Origin: an uncultured Spirochaetaceae bacterium
GTDB taxonomy: Bacteria; Spirochaetota; Spirochaetia; Treponematales; Treponemataceae
Direction of reading: 5' to 3'
DNA: 58,626 nt
Assembly (NCBI GenBank): GCA_902772975.1
Contig: CACYCX010000116.1
Location: forward strand, 1 to 58,626
In this document: positions 21,101 to 29,715 of the stretch, piece after piece
Layout of the letters: the number at the start of each line of letters is the position of its first letter
Position numbering within the stretch: position 1 is the first letter of the stretch
Program-made: the position numbers and the translations under genes
Notes under the pieces: generated by a model
Told to the model about the DNA's origin: nothing
The model's input: the letters and a program-made list of their open reading frames with translations, nothing else
Database searches by the model: none

Positions 21101-21271
21101 GGAAGCATCGTCAAATATTTGTGCAACGGTAATGTGGAAGCGGGCGAGCGCCTTTTCTATTGGGATGGAACGAATAAAAGCGGAACGCCTGTTGCGCGCG
21201 GCCTTTATTTTGTTCGTGTCGTCGGCCCGGACATAGACGAAACGCGTAAGGTCATGTGCGTGAAGGAATGA
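15197..21271 (+). CDS. Large secreted/surface protein (beta-rich passenger-like body, C-terminal FlgD-Ig-like domain)
   Basis: Signal peptide; Ser/Thr/Gly/Asn-rich beta repeats; WTG....W....NW motif; C-terminal GSIVKYL...WDGTNKSGTPVARGLYFVRV. Confidence 0.8.
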   Translation: MKKIRNYLIFPLVVFSSLCANSFSEQWRWKNDGVDGSWTDSGVWESSSLGITWSDSDSYPDSSSDTVYLRGTSDTVITIPAGKNISVGYLAMNTDASSGNVTITVNGSLSVNYLYTNYKDGSSGNSTLEINGEASVTNFRVKMKGTEKNDSSTSTGKAYVSIASGKTLTVTNFCMAAGNTAKANTYIGLAGAGTLEASKFDFPENYTHEVNISSGSTFKITGSFMGDSNTAGNMKFTGSGNLYVPASGADMGYGEIIGPSYASTLKIYPYGTPSYYTVSVSGLNGFSESSPVSIEVTRVVDSANRKATVHYPYEIIDVTSTATAVFSFNGTDGISSGDTGTLDLDKNTGSDTFEISVSDGMAENDGFKIKILTPDKSRVLAEVEWYKGKLIWTGSASSAWENEDNWSGLEAGKTLAENLEGKDIVINYAVSNMPSVSSGTYSIASLEVKSNASVNLTGGNLSCDVLTLADSSGRAVISQSGGTLTLKEAHINGNSSFASTSGTVVMAGSAPVLDANKNDSAEFYNLTIESGATFSPAKTITVKGSLENNGNFNPTGVCSVAGKLLNYGKAAFNQLDFTGTQIVFGDDSSDTFKISSNAFSVSAGITVKAAGRLTFTKGFSCSSAIDLTADTTVIVPSSYKAVFSGEVNSATSGESKLVLGNSSNPTECTFEAGIGKSRELKSFTQGTGVIEFSAGAVVNTKREQNYNANVNAAGALSLKTSSSSNGKIIIKGGTITTGGSFTVINAGMFDLQGDALITVSSGMFTQTGNGSIQCAGNITSTNGISFRKDAYLYSSTGAGETSMTLNASSGASSSSVPKINAGGTLYIAAASSKEIILMSPVNAVNFVLAGGKVSPDASGSQCTGITATKDIVLFGSNYSEDDTGTGGSGVTGLFKYNHALRTSDNLCATVNATIQSKRPDGTSISYNAGSFTSLSGKTLSAGKNFYANGIDLNGGAEGWTLTILNTNNAKQCFAEMYNLTVSGCSASYFVSAAEGCTDGSGNTNIDFSRPVIAANDSSKATQTGGSAVETSNLSGTYTLFDDIIRIEFKDSVTGASKKIENTNNEISKAIENAGIKFSGGSYNFSSAYIDANCTVSTDGKGDLSVFYLKASRKWNTDATGSSIGNADSSDTTAAHSELKPDIYLPKALSTLYASLRDEHKNRVAHYASSPAGSSLFTGTADRTPPSLVAVRLGQELHDSNLSSQKAYDAHNFIELQYSEPVDLGALLHDGSGYVNLTPQASFTSSSNYGGLISNDATGFSIAGYCSISKGAVHTGSRTKENSVTSENLNVNSLYRNFSITPGGTEAVQPCRLRISVAGYKDGTVNVNGTSLNWWPGFIRNTTVSPEGGIVTRTENNFIIAAGYGGPSSENHLAVSGSGSRVLPSITVDAEESGLFGPWDLSPPSVAHYIKETQWSESHPFKEILPVDLTNAGYVNSFELHILDNTPAYSASDAYQWYTREGWYAGSSKMSVVSGEPLDFRGGSKMQDGTNKTNGGLRTSSLYNSIGAFSYRDNTTNYDGNVTGEFYQKTTVASFFGDSGSLEYDIPYIGLKITGRSSDITSDDYLISYRGNAQQNGFVTDLAGNLLADFVNFEAPDKNPPKFSLSIAPLDSSKIYILFSKRINYKSTGAEEKIVRSLRLVDSSDNDTNLIDWDNGSRILTGKTTDTARATGFVITLANDACLTYEQIKTLKLKVNTFPGMDPVTGGSGNFSQIYDWYDNPVPAADSHRITDFAVNVIDVNYAYDGRNSDTAMLGKNLITPDEWTVRDFSGSGLNTTKVLSEKDVSVVCSVNKNAAGTIADEIEMRLDINPTSGCNGDNFTLNSGIKTRLWINDMLEPFSTIANTSSSCKALLPESWSGTNDNGIRHFIIPNSPTTNGAYLWPVGSEIQFTFKINDSTLSEPLYAARLKDSSDITSIDLWSMEIASVTKQRGGVTILNNVIDVNTREKCTVLVDMPKSGRLNVIVMTLDGSIVKYLCNGNVEAGERLFYWDGTNKSGTPVARGLYFVRVVGPDIDETRKVMCVKE

Positions 21272-21433
21272 TGAAAATTAAATCAACTTAAATATTTTGC
21301 GAATAACAACAAGGACGATTACATTTATTATTCCTTGTGTAATTGCTTTTTAGAAAAAATAAAGAACTTCCTGCTTTTTCGTTCCCTTTTTTTTGCAGTT
21401 GACCCATTCTTCTAATCCGTGCATAATTTACAT

Positions 21434-21820
21434 ATGTGTGCTAAAGCAAGAAAAGACCCGCGGTTCAAGGTCCTGGGACGAGTAGAGCCGTGTGAATTTT
21501 CAGCATTGTCAGGTTCCCTTATCGATATCAGTCTTCATGGCTGCAGGCTTCATTATGATTTTCCTGTAACAGTAGATTTGGAAAGTGACTATACAATTGT
21601 GGTAAGAATAGCTCATAATTCAATTACAGGCGACCTGAATCTTTTGTGCCATCCTGCATGGGCTTCAGAAGACAGCGGCTCGACGGATATTGGAATGACG
21701 ATAATGCGCTCGCTTGATACAGACAGGCTTACTTCATTTGTGAATGAACTTGAAATTGAGCGCAAAAAAGAAAACAGCATATCAGATCAGATTGTGGACA
21801 CAGAATGCCAGTTCGTATAG
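21434..21820 (+). CDS. PilZ domain c-di-GMP-binding protein
   Basis: RKDPR (RxxxR) and DISLHG (DxSxxG) motifs. Confidence 0.85.
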   Translation: MCAKARKDPRFKVLGRVEPCEFSALSGSLIDISLHGCRLHYDFPVTVDLESDYTIVVRIAHNSITGDLNLLCHPAWASEDSGSTDIGMTIMRSLDTDRLTSFVNELEIERKKENSISDQIVDTECQFV

Positions 21821-22797
21821 AAAAGCTTCCGGGAATTGCATATCTTCCTTTTGAAGAAAAAAATCATTTTTTAAAATCAGAAATTAAAGATCGTTTTGAA
21901 GCTGAACCAAATCCTGCTTTGTACGGTGACCTTGTTTATTTCGAAAATGCGCCTGCTTCTAAAATTTCAGGATTGAGTGAAATTCCGTATTTTTGCAGAA
22001 GCGCAATGCTTGAGCCGTTTTTGCTTCATTTTAATTCAATAGGCGAAGCGGCGAATGCGTTAAAGGAAATCCAGCGGAACTGGGCGCCTTATCAGTATCA
22101 GTTTTTCAGGCGTGCAAATTTGATTCAGGAAAAGCTTCCTTATATAAATTTAAAGACAAGAAAATTTCCGGTAAAAATTCCTGATTCGCCTATCGGGCTT
22201 TATACATTGATTGATGAAAACACGATGATCGCTTCGGCAAAGACGACCAGTTCCTTACCGGCAGGCGCAATTACATTCGAGGAAGACCACGAAAATCCTC
22301 CAAGCCGCGCATATCTGAAAATACAGGAAAGCTTGTCACTTGCAAGCCTTTATTTTGGGGCAAAGCTGCCCTCTGATGGTACAAGGTGCTTTGAGGCGGG
22401 TGCGTGTCCTGGAGGCTGGACATGGGTTTTGGTTACGCTCGGATCTGAAGTGGTCGCCGTGGACCGTTCTCCGCTTGCCCAGTCACTTATGGAAAATCCG
22501 CTTGTAACATTTCAGGCGCACGATGCGTTTACGCTGAAGCCTCAGGATATCGGGAAGTGTGACTGGGTTTTGAGCGACGTCATCTGTTATCCGGAACGCC
22601 TTCTGGAATGGATAAAGGTATGGCTTGAAAGCGGCCTTACAAAAAATATGATTTGTACGATAAAGATGCAGGGTGACATTGACTGGCCGCTTGTTTCAAA
22701 ATTTGCTGAAATCCCGGACAGCCGCGTCGTTCACTTGAATTATAATAAACACGAACTTACATTTATTCATTGCGAAAAAACAGCAGATTCTGTATAA
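21805..22797 (+). CDS. FtsJ-like SAM-dependent rRNA methyltransferase (RlmM-like)
   Basis: [32 protein letters not shown] motifs. Confidence 0.8.
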   Translation: MPVRIEKLPGIAYLPFEEKNHFLKSEIKDRFEAEPNPALYGDLVYFENAPASKISGLSEIPYFCRSAMLEPFLLHFNSIGEAANALKEIQRNWAPYQYQFFRRANLIQEKLPYINLKTRKFPVKIPDSPIGLYTLIDENTMIASAKTTSSLPAGAITFEEDHENPPSRAYLKIQESLSLASLYFGAKLPSDGTRCFEAGACPGGWTWVLVTLGSEVVAVDRSPLAQSLMENPLVTFQAHDAFTLKPQDIGKCDWVLSDVICYPERLLEWIKVWLESGLTKNMICTIKMQGDIDWPLVSKFAEIPDSRVVHLNYNKHELTFIHCEKTADSV

Positions 22798-22805
22798 TGG
22801 GCGCT

Positions 22806-23306
22806 ATGAGCGAAAACGAAAATCTTTGCCCCTGCGGTTCAGGGAAGAATTACAGCGATTGCTGTGAACCGATTATCAAGAAAACAACAAAAGCTGCTAC
22901 AGCTGAAGCTCTTATGCGTGCGCGTTATACAGCGTATGTAAAACAGGAAATCGATTTTATTATTGAGACATGCGAGCATTCAGAGCAGATTGCAGAAATC
23001 GACAGAAAGGCAACAGAAGACTGGAGCAAAAATTCTACATGGCACGGACTTAAAATTCTTCGTACAGAAAAGGGAACTGAAAATGACGAGGAAGGCGTAG
23101 TTGAATTTGAAGCTACATATACATTGAAGCAGATTCGCGATGTTCACCACGAGACTGGATATTTCAAGAAGGTAAACGGCGAATGGCTTTATTCAGTTGG
23201 AAACCTTAAGACAACAACTGTCGTTCGTGAAGGCGCAAAAGTCGGCCGCAATGACCCCTGTCCTTGTGGCTCAGGAAAGAAGTTTAAAAAATGCTGCGGT
23301 CGATAG
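22806..23306 (+). CDS. YchJ family SEC-C motif protein
   Basis: [44 protein letters not shown]. Confidence 0.92.
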   Translation: MSENENLCPCGSGKNYSDCCEPIIKKTTKAATAEALMRARYTAYVKQEIDFIIETCEHSEQIAEIDRKATEDWSKNSTWHGLKILRTEKGTENDEEGVVEFEATYTLKQIRDVHHETGYFKKVNGEWLYSVGNLKTTTVVREGAKVGRNDPCPCGSGKKFKKCCGR

Positions 23307-23320
23307 ACCGAAGCATTTTT
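23287..23320 (+). terminator. Hairpin/terminator overlapping the YchJ-family stop codon
   Basis: AAAAATGCTgCGGTC-gata-GACCGaAGCATTTTT. Confidence 0.55.
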
Positions 23321-23399
23321 CGTGAATTAACGCGGGAGCGTTAACCTTGCTGCGGAAGATAAAAATCTTCCACAACATTTATAGTAAATTAACGCAAAT

Positions 23400-24191
23400 A
23401 TGCAGATACTGACAGGATTTCATGCGGCAGAAGAAAAAATCCGTTCTGTTTACGGAAACGATACCGCCGCCTCAAAAATTACAGTTTTTTACTCAAATCC
23501 CGGCCCGCGCGTAAAGAAAATTTTACAGCAGGCAAAAGAGAATTCCGTAAAATGCTGTTCTGTCGATAAAGCTGCGCTCGATAAAATGGTTGCCTCACTG
23601 CCGGCGGCGGCTCGCGACCATCGCGGAATCGTCGTTCAGGTAGAAGGCGAAAAGAAAGCTTCACGCAATATAATTGATTTTGATATCTGGCTTAACGGCT
23701 TAAAGCAAAAAGAGCCGGCGCGCAATCTTGTAATCGTGCTTGATTCCGTTACAGACCCGCACAATGTTGGCGCTATAATCCGAAGCGCAGATCAATTCGG
23801 GGCATCGCTTGTGCTTTTACCTGAGCGGAACAGTGCGAACAATATTTCTGATAATGACATAATTGCGCGTTCGTCAGCCGGTGCAAGCGCCTGGGTTCCC
23901 GTAAGCATTGTTACAAATCTTGTGCGGGCGGTAAAGCAGCTCAAGGACGCAGGCTTCTGGGTATACGGCGCAGATGCAGGCGGCGCTTCCGTTGCAGAAA
24001 CGACTTTTGCAGAGAATACGGTTCTTGTAATGGGAAGCGAAGGCTCTGGAATCGGACGCCTTCTGGAAGAGCAGTGCGATTCGATTGTTTCCATACCTAC
24101 CTGCGGCCGGATTGACAGCCTCAATGTATCGGTTGCAGCGGGCGTGCTTATGTACGAAGCCTACCGTCAGAATCTGGCTTCTGCCCGTTAA
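23400..24191 (+). CDS. rlmB: 23S rRNA (guanosine-2'-O)-methyltransferase RlmB (TrmH/SpoU family)
   Basis: LDSVTDPHNVGAIIRSA, VMGSEGSG, IPTCGRIDSLNVSVAAG. Confidence 0.88.
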   Translation: MQILTGFHAAEEKIRSVYGNDTAASKITVFYSNPGPRVKKILQQAKENSVKCCSVDKAALDKMVASLPAAARDHRGIVVQVEGEKKASRNIIDFDIWLNGLKQKEPARNLVIVLDSVTDPHNVGAIIRSADQFGASLVLLPERNSANNISDNDIIARSSAGASAWVPVSIVTNLVRAVKQLKDAGFWVYGADAGGASVAETTFAENTVLVMGSEGSGIGRLLEEQCDSIVSIPTCGRIDSLNVSVAAGVLMYEAYRQNLASAR

Positions 24192-24250
24192 TGGCAGATT
24201 AAATCGTCCACTTGATTATTTTACTATATAATAGGTAAAATATTGTCAGT

Positions 24251-25276
24251 ATGATTCACTTTTATACTCTGCTTTATATCAATCCTGAAGATTCAGTTTT
24301 AGGAAACAATGTTTCCGGCGACTATTCTGAAAAAATCCGTAAATATGTCTGCTGCTGTTCACTTCTTTCAAAGAGCCTTGAATCATACAAGCTTCCTTCG
24401 CTTAAAATAATTACGAATGATTCTGCAAAAATTCACTCTATCGATCCTTCTCTTGATTGCAGGAAAATTGAATTCAAAACAGAAATTGATTCCGATATTG
24501 CTTTTTCAAGCGCGCACAGAAAACTCGATGTGCTTAAATATTTTTCAACTTTAGGCGATGGTGAATACAGCATTTTGCTCGACAGTGACATGGTTTGCAT
24601 TTCAGAAATCCCGTCATTGCTTCAGAAAATTGCGCGTGCAAAGCTTCCGTTGTATTACGATATCAGTGCACAGCAGATTCCGGCGTTTACGGCTGAACGA
24701 ATCTGTAAGGATAAAGAGCTTTTAATCAGAAAGGCATTTGGCGAAAACGATTTTTCTTCAACTTCATTTTGGGCGGGCGGAGAATTTATTGCAGGAAGCG
24801 TAGAGTTTTTCAGATTGCTCAGCGGCGCCTGTTTTAAAATCCTGCCGCATTATATTCAGAACGCAAAACGGCTTTTTCATAACGGCGATGAGATGATAGT
24901 TTCGTCAGCTCTTGAATATCTTATTCAGAAAAAAAAGGTTTCCTGCTTTGACGGCGGCACGATGCTGTTTGCAGGAAGATATTATGATTCTGGAACGAAT
25001 CACATTCAGAATGTGTGGCGATATTTCAAGCAGTGCTTTTTAATTCACCTTCCGATGGATAAAAATTTCCTTGCAGATTACGCATATAATTTAAAGCAGT
25101 TTGAACCGGCCGCCTTTATGAAAGCGCTTGAAAAGCATTTGTATTCAAATAATACTTTCTTAAATGCAACAGTCCGCGCCGATAAGCTTTTACAGAAGCT
25201 CACTTCTTTATATTACAGAACGCGCGCCCTTGCAAAAAAACTGACTGGTCACGGAAATGCGCCCGTCGAATATTAA
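24251..25276 (+). CDS. Putative GT-A fold glycosyltransferase (GT8-like)
   Basis: KL......ILLDSDM (DxD) motif; first gene of the glycan cluster. Confidence 0.6.
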   Translation: MIHFYTLLYINPEDSVLGNNVSGDYSEKIRKYVCCCSLLSKSLESYKLPSLKIITNDSAKIHSIDPSLDCRKIEFKTEIDSDIAFSSAHRKLDVLKYFSTLGDGEYSILLDSDMVCISEIPSLLQKIARAKLPLYYDISAQQIPAFTAERICKDKELLIRKAFGENDFSSTSFWAGGEFIAGSVEFFRLLSGACFKILPHYIQNAKRLFHNGDEMIVSSALEYLIQKKKVSCFDGGTMLFAGRYYDSGTNHIQNVWRYFKQCFLIHLPMDKNFLADYAYNLKQFEPAAFMKALEKHLYSNNTFLNATVRADKLLQKLTSLYYRTRALAKKLTGHGNAPVEY

Positions 25277-25303
25277 GGCTTGATATTAAGGCGGAAAGTA
25301 ATT

Positions 25304-26305
25304 ATGGAACAATACAAATTAAAAAATCCAGTTGCAATTATTATTTTTAACCGCTATGACTCTGCACATAAAGTTCTGATGCAGATAAAAAAAGCACAGC
25401 CGGAAAAGCTTTATATAATTGCCGACGGGCCGCGTGATAATAAACCGGGCGAAAAAGAAAAATGCCTTAAGGCGCGCTCAATTGCAGATGAAGTAGACTG
25501 GGATTGTTCAGTTCAAAAAATATTTTCTGATAAAAATTTAGGGTGTGCAAAGCGGGTAACCAGCGGACTATCAGAATTGTTTTCTAAAGAGGAAGCTGCG
25601 CTGATTTTTGAAGACGACTGCATTCCTTCGATGAGCTTTTTTGAATTCGCTGACCAGATGCTTGAGCGCTACAAGGATAACGAAAAAATCATGCTTGTAA
25701 GCGCTTCGAACAAATGCTTTGTGCCAGGAGCAAAAAATGCCGGCGGCAATATAAAATCTGCAAGCGAAGATAGAAGCGAAAGTTACTTTTTCTCGAATCA
25801 GGTTCAAATCTGGGGCTGGGCCACATGGCGGCGCGCCTGGAATAAAATGGATCTTAAAATGAAAGACTGGCCGCTTCTTAAAAAGCAGAAAATCGTAAAC
25901 AGGTTTTATAAAAAGGCATCGCACAGATATTACTGGAACAGCAGCTTTGATTATGTTTACAACAAGCACACAAATTCGTGGGCGTTTCCGTGGGTGCTTT
26001 CAGTCTGGAAATCAGGCGGGCTTTCTGTAGTGCCAAAAGTAAATATGGTAAAAAATGCGGGCTTTGATGCTGATGCAACTCATACAAGCGGCAAAAGTAT
26101 TTTTGAAAGACTTGAAGCAAAGGAGCTTTCGTTCCCGCTTGTTCATCCGCAGAAGATTGAAGCTGACAGCCATATGGATTTAATTGAAATGAAAAGCAGG
26201 ATAAAGGATGCAAAGCAGCTTCCGTATCCGTTCAATATGTTTGCGTCAAAGGCAAAATGGTTTTTGATTGGGTTGTTGAATTCATTCAAGAGTTTTAGGA
26301 GATAA
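25304..26305 (+). CDS. Nucleotide-diphospho-sugar transferase (GT-A)
   Basis: PVAIIIFNR, IADGPR, NLGC, IFEDDCIP, IWGWATWRRAW. Confidence 0.85.
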   Translation: MEQYKLKNPVAIIIFNRYDSAHKVLMQIKKAQPEKLYIIADGPRDNKPGEKEKCLKARSIADEVDWDCSVQKIFSDKNLGCAKRVTSGLSELFSKEEAALIFEDDCIPSMSFFEFADQMLERYKDNEKIMLVSASNKCFVPGAKNAGGNIKSASEDRSESYFFSNQVQIWGWATWRRAWNKMDLKMKDWPLLKKQKIVNRFYKKASHRYYWNSSFDYVYNKHTNSWAFPWVLSVWKSGGLSVVPKVNMVKNAGFDADATHTSGKSIFERLEAKELSFPLVHPQKIEADSHMDLIEMKSRIKDAKQLPYPFNMFASKAKWFLIGLLNSFKSFRR

Positions 26306-26339
26306 GATAAAAAGCCGTCTATATGGGAGATAAAAAAAA

Positions 26340-27476
26340 ATGATTCCGTTTAACTTGCCGCCTTTTATGGGTGGAGAAATTGAATATGTAAAAGATGTCT
26401 GCTGCAACAAACACAAGCTTTGCGGCGACGGTGAATATACAAAAAAATGTAATGCGCTGCTTGGAGATTTAACAAAAAGCCCGATGGTGCTTCTGACGAC
26501 TTCGTGTACTCATGCGCTTGAAATGGCGGCGCTTCTTTCTGAGGTCGGTCCGGGTGACGAAGTTATAATGAGCCCGTTCACTTTTGTTTCAACTGCAAAC
26601 GCGTTCAGCCTTCGCGGGGCAAAAATAAAATTTGTAGACATCCGTCCTGATACGATGAATATTGACGAAAAGCTTATCGAGCAGGCAATCACGCCGCACA
26701 CAAAAGTAATCGTTCCTGTTCACTATGCAGGTGTTGCATGCGAAATGGATACTATAAACAAAATTGCACGCGAGCATAATTTGCTTGTAATCGAAGATGC
26801 GGCGCAGGGCGTTACTTCAACATATAAGGGAAAGCAGCTTGGTGCAGTCGGCGATTTAGGCTGCTATTCTTTCCATGAAACAAAAAATTACAGCATGGGC
26901 GAAGGCGGCGCAATTTTAGTAAACAACAAAAAATTTGAGGAAGCCGCAGAAATTATCCGTGAAAAAGGAACTGACCGTTCAAAATTTTTGCGCGGCCAGA
27001 TTGATAAATATACCTGGGTTTCGGTAGGTTCGTCTTATCTTCCAAGCGAAATGAACGCCGCCTATCTTTTCTATCAGCTTGAAAACTGGAAAAAGATTTT
27101 TGATGACAGAATGAAAAGCTGGAATTATTACAACGAGCTTCTTGCGCCGCTCGCATCGCAAGGAAAAATAGATGTACCGTTTATCCCGGAGGAATGCGGC
27201 CATAATGCGCACATGTATTATATTAAGGCAAAGAACATTGATGAGCGTACGCGTCTTATTTCTTTCCTTCGCGAAAATGATGTGAACAGCGTTTTCCATT
27301 ATGTTCCGCTCCATACTTCTCCGGCAGGGAAAAAACTTGGCGAGATGGTCGGTGAGGATAAATATATTACGAAAGAAAGCGAGCGGCTATTGCGTTTGCC
27401 GCTGTATTACGGACTGAGCATGCCGGATATCGAAAAGGTTGTTCAGGCGATCGAAGAATTTTACAAGAAGGCGTAA
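26340..27476 (+). CDS. rffA: dTDP-4-amino-4,6-dideoxygalactose transaminase (RffA/WecE)
   Basis: TTSCTHALEM, EDAAQG, SFHETKNYSMGEGG, REKGTDRSKFLRGQIDKYTW. Confidence 0.92.
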   Translation: MIPFNLPPFMGGEIEYVKDVCCNKHKLCGDGEYTKKCNALLGDLTKSPMVLLTTSCTHALEMAALLSEVGPGDEVIMSPFTFVSTANAFSLRGAKIKFVDIRPDTMNIDEKLIEQAITPHTKVIVPVHYAGVACEMDTINKIAREHNLLVIEDAAQGVTSTYKGKQLGAVGDLGCYSFHETKNYSMGEGGAILVNNKKFEEAAEIIREKGTDRSKFLRGQIDKYTWVSVGSSYLPSEMNAAYLFYQLENWKKIFDDRMKSWNYYNELLAPLASQGKIDVPFIPEECGHNAHMYYIKAKNIDERTRLISFLRENDVNSVFHYVPLHTSPAGKKLGEMVGEDKYITKESERLLRLPLYYGLSMPDIEKVVQAIEEFYKKA

Positions 27477-27500
27477 CGCATTTTAGCGCGGAGAATTTTT

Positions 27501-28811
27501 ATGAAGGTTATTCATCTTGCAACAACAAATGCTGGCGGCGCGGGAATTGCTGCTGTAAGGATTCACAATCTGCTTCGTGAGATGGGGCACGAGTCGCACC
27601 TTTATGTTCAGCATAAGGACGCAGATTCGGAAGAGACGACTGAGCTTGGCGGAAAATCAGGGCAGGGAAAAAAATACATGGTGCTCATGCGCCTTGCCCG
27701 GAAGCTTTCAAAATTGAAATCGCGTTCTTCAAATTCAGCTGACTGGAAAAAATTCCGCAAGGATGATGTTTACTGCTACAACGATTGGGATGAAGAAAAT
27801 CCAGACGGTTTTTTTCCTGGGATAGAAAACAAAATTGATTTAAAGAATGTTGATGTAATTTTCGTTCATCAGATAATCGGATTTTTAAATACATTTGACA
27901 TCAAGCGGCTTTACGAAAAAAGCGGAGCGCGCGTTATTTTTACGATGATGGATATGGCTCCGATAACGGGCGGCTGTCATTACGCGTGGGATTGCAGGGG
28001 CTTTACAAAAGCGTGCTTTAATTGTCCGGCACTTCCTTATTCACTGAATACAAGAAGCCATTTTCAGCTTGAAGCAAAAGCGCAGAACATAATGTATATG
28101 AATGCAGAAATCATGTCGAACGCAGATTACGATTTGCAGTTTGCGCGTGCTTCTGCAATTGAGTTCAGCAGGTACTGGCAGTATTTTTATCCGGTTGATG
28201 AAAATGTTTTTGCGCCTGATGTTTCATCTGATTCAAAGAAATCAAATGCTTCTGAAAAACAGAAAAATGCAAAATATATTTTCAGCATCGCGAATTTTGC
28301 AAATGATGTTCGGAAGGGATTTACTTATGTACTTCAGACTTTGCTCTATCTTGATTCGCATGCGCCGAAGGGAGAAAAAATTATTTTCCTTTGTCTTGCA
28401 CCGGAGCTTTTTGCAAATTACAAATTTAAAAACGTGATGTTTGAAAGGTTTGCGTTCTGCAGGAATGTAAACGATCTGGCGGCAGTTTATAAAAAGGCAG
28501 ATTTATTTTTGTGCACTTCTGTTGAAGATTCTGCGCCGATGATGCTTGAGGAAGCGCTCCTCTGCGGTGTCCCGTGCGTTTCGTTCGATGTTGGAACTGC
28601 CAGACAATTCATTACTGACGGCAAAAACGGATATGTCGCAGAAAGATTTAACGCACTTGATTTTGCCGAGAAAGCGTATGGCATGCTCTATCAGCCGCCG
28701 CGAACATTGCAGTCAGCCGCGAAAATCCATGACGGCATGGTAAAAATTTTAGGAAAGAAAGCAATAATCAGTCAGTTCGAAAAAATTCTTTCTGGGGAAA
28801 AAGCCAAGTGA
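27501..28811 (+). CDS. Glycosyltransferase family 4 (WcaC-like)
   Basis: GGAGIAA.RIH, TGGCHYAWDC..F...C.NCP, S.EDSAPMMLEEALLCGVP. Confidence 0.85.
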   Translation: MKVIHLATTNAGGAGIAAVRIHNLLREMGHESHLYVQHKDADSEETTELGGKSGQGKKYMVLMRLARKLSKLKSRSSNSADWKKFRKDDVYCYNDWDEENPDGFFPGIENKIDLKNVDVIFVHQIIGFLNTFDIKRLYEKSGARVIFTMMDMAPITGGCHYAWDCRGFTKACFNCPALPYSLNTRSHFQLEAKAQNIMYMNAEIMSNADYDLQFARASAIEFSRYWQYFYPVDENVFAPDVSSDSKKSNASEKQKNAKYIFSIANFANDVRKGFTYVLQTLLYLDSHAPKGEKIIFLCLAPELFANYKFKNVMFERFAFCRNVNDLAAVYKKADLFLCTSVEDSAPMMLEEALLCGVPCVSFDVGTARQFITDGKNGYVAERFNALDFAEKAYGMLYQPPRTLQSAAKIHDGMVKILGKKAIISQFEKILSGEKAK

Positions 28812-29710
28812 AAATCATAAAATACACCGGCGGTTTAGGAAACCAGATGTTCCAGTATGCATTTTCGCTTGTGCTCAAGTCACATGGCGAAACCGTCCTC
28901 GCAGATATTGATTTATACAAACGCCATCAGTTTCGCGGCGGCATTGACATGAACCACGGCGGCTTTGAACTGGAAAGGGTATTTGCGCTTGATATTCCAA
29001 AGGCAACTTTAAGCCAGGTGAATAAGCTTGGAACGCTTGCCGACACTTTTGTTCATCGCGTAATGCGCAAATTTTTTACTAAGAAAACACACATCATCGA
29101 ATATTCGTCCGCCTACAATCCGGCTCTTTTAACTGATTCACGGGATTTATATCTTGAAGGATATTTTCAGAATCCGCGTTACTTTACCGGAAACGAGGAA
29201 AAAATCAAGAAGGCGTTTTCATTCGTGCTTTCGTTTAACGAGCAGTCAAAGCTTCTGGCGGACGAAATTGAAAGGCAGAAAGCCGCCGGCTGCAATATGG
29301 TTTCTGTTCACGTAAGGCGCGGCGATTATTTGAATTATCCGGCGCTTAATCTTTGCGGAAAAGAATATTTTGATAACGCAATAAAACGGATGCGTGAATT
29401 ATGCAGCTTTAGTGGCAATATGCGCTTTGTGATTTTTTCTGACGATATAGAATGGTGCAAAGCCAACCTTGATTTTGGAACGAGCCGCGCCGATTTTGTT
29501 TGCTGGAATAAGGGCGCAGACAGCTGGCAGGATATTGCGCTTATGTCTAAGTGCTCGCACAATATTATTCCGAACAGCTCGTTCAGTTTCTGGGGTGCGT
29601 ATCTTAATTCTAATCCGCGCAAAATTGTAATCGCCCCTGAAATCTGGAACGCGAATGGCTTTGCGGAAGTGAATGCGCCCGGCTGGATTACGGTTCCAGT
29701 CGGAAATTAA
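28808..29710 (+). CDS. alpha-1,2-fucosyltransferase (GT11)
   Basis: GGLGNQMFQY, GYFQ, HVRRGDY, FSDDIEWC, NSSFSFWGAYL. Confidence 0.93.
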   Translation: MKIIKYTGGLGNQMFQYAFSLVLKSHGETVLADIDLYKRHQFRGGIDMNHGGFELERVFALDIPKATLSQVNKLGTLADTFVHRVMRKFFTKKTHIIEYSSAYNPALLTDSRDLYLEGYFQNPRYFTGNEEKIKKAFSFVLSFNEQSKLLADEIERQKAAGCNMVSVHVRRGDYLNYPALNLCGKEYFDNAIKRMRELCSFSGNMRFVIFSDDIEWCKANLDFGTSRADFVCWNKGADSWQDIALMSKCSHNIIPNSSFSFWGAYLNSNPRKIVIAPEIWNANGFAEVNAPGWITVPVGN

Positions 29711-29715
29711 GAAGC

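Noticed and set aside
20416-21126. 236-aa antisense ORF, and the many other short overlapping ORFs in the track
   Set aside because: Shadow frames of well-supported genes; no motifs or RBS
26332-26340. A9 tract at the rffA start and A8 at 24929-24936 as phase-variation switches
   Set aside because: A8-A9 runs are common throughout this AT-rich window; no poly-G/C tracts and no frameshift seen
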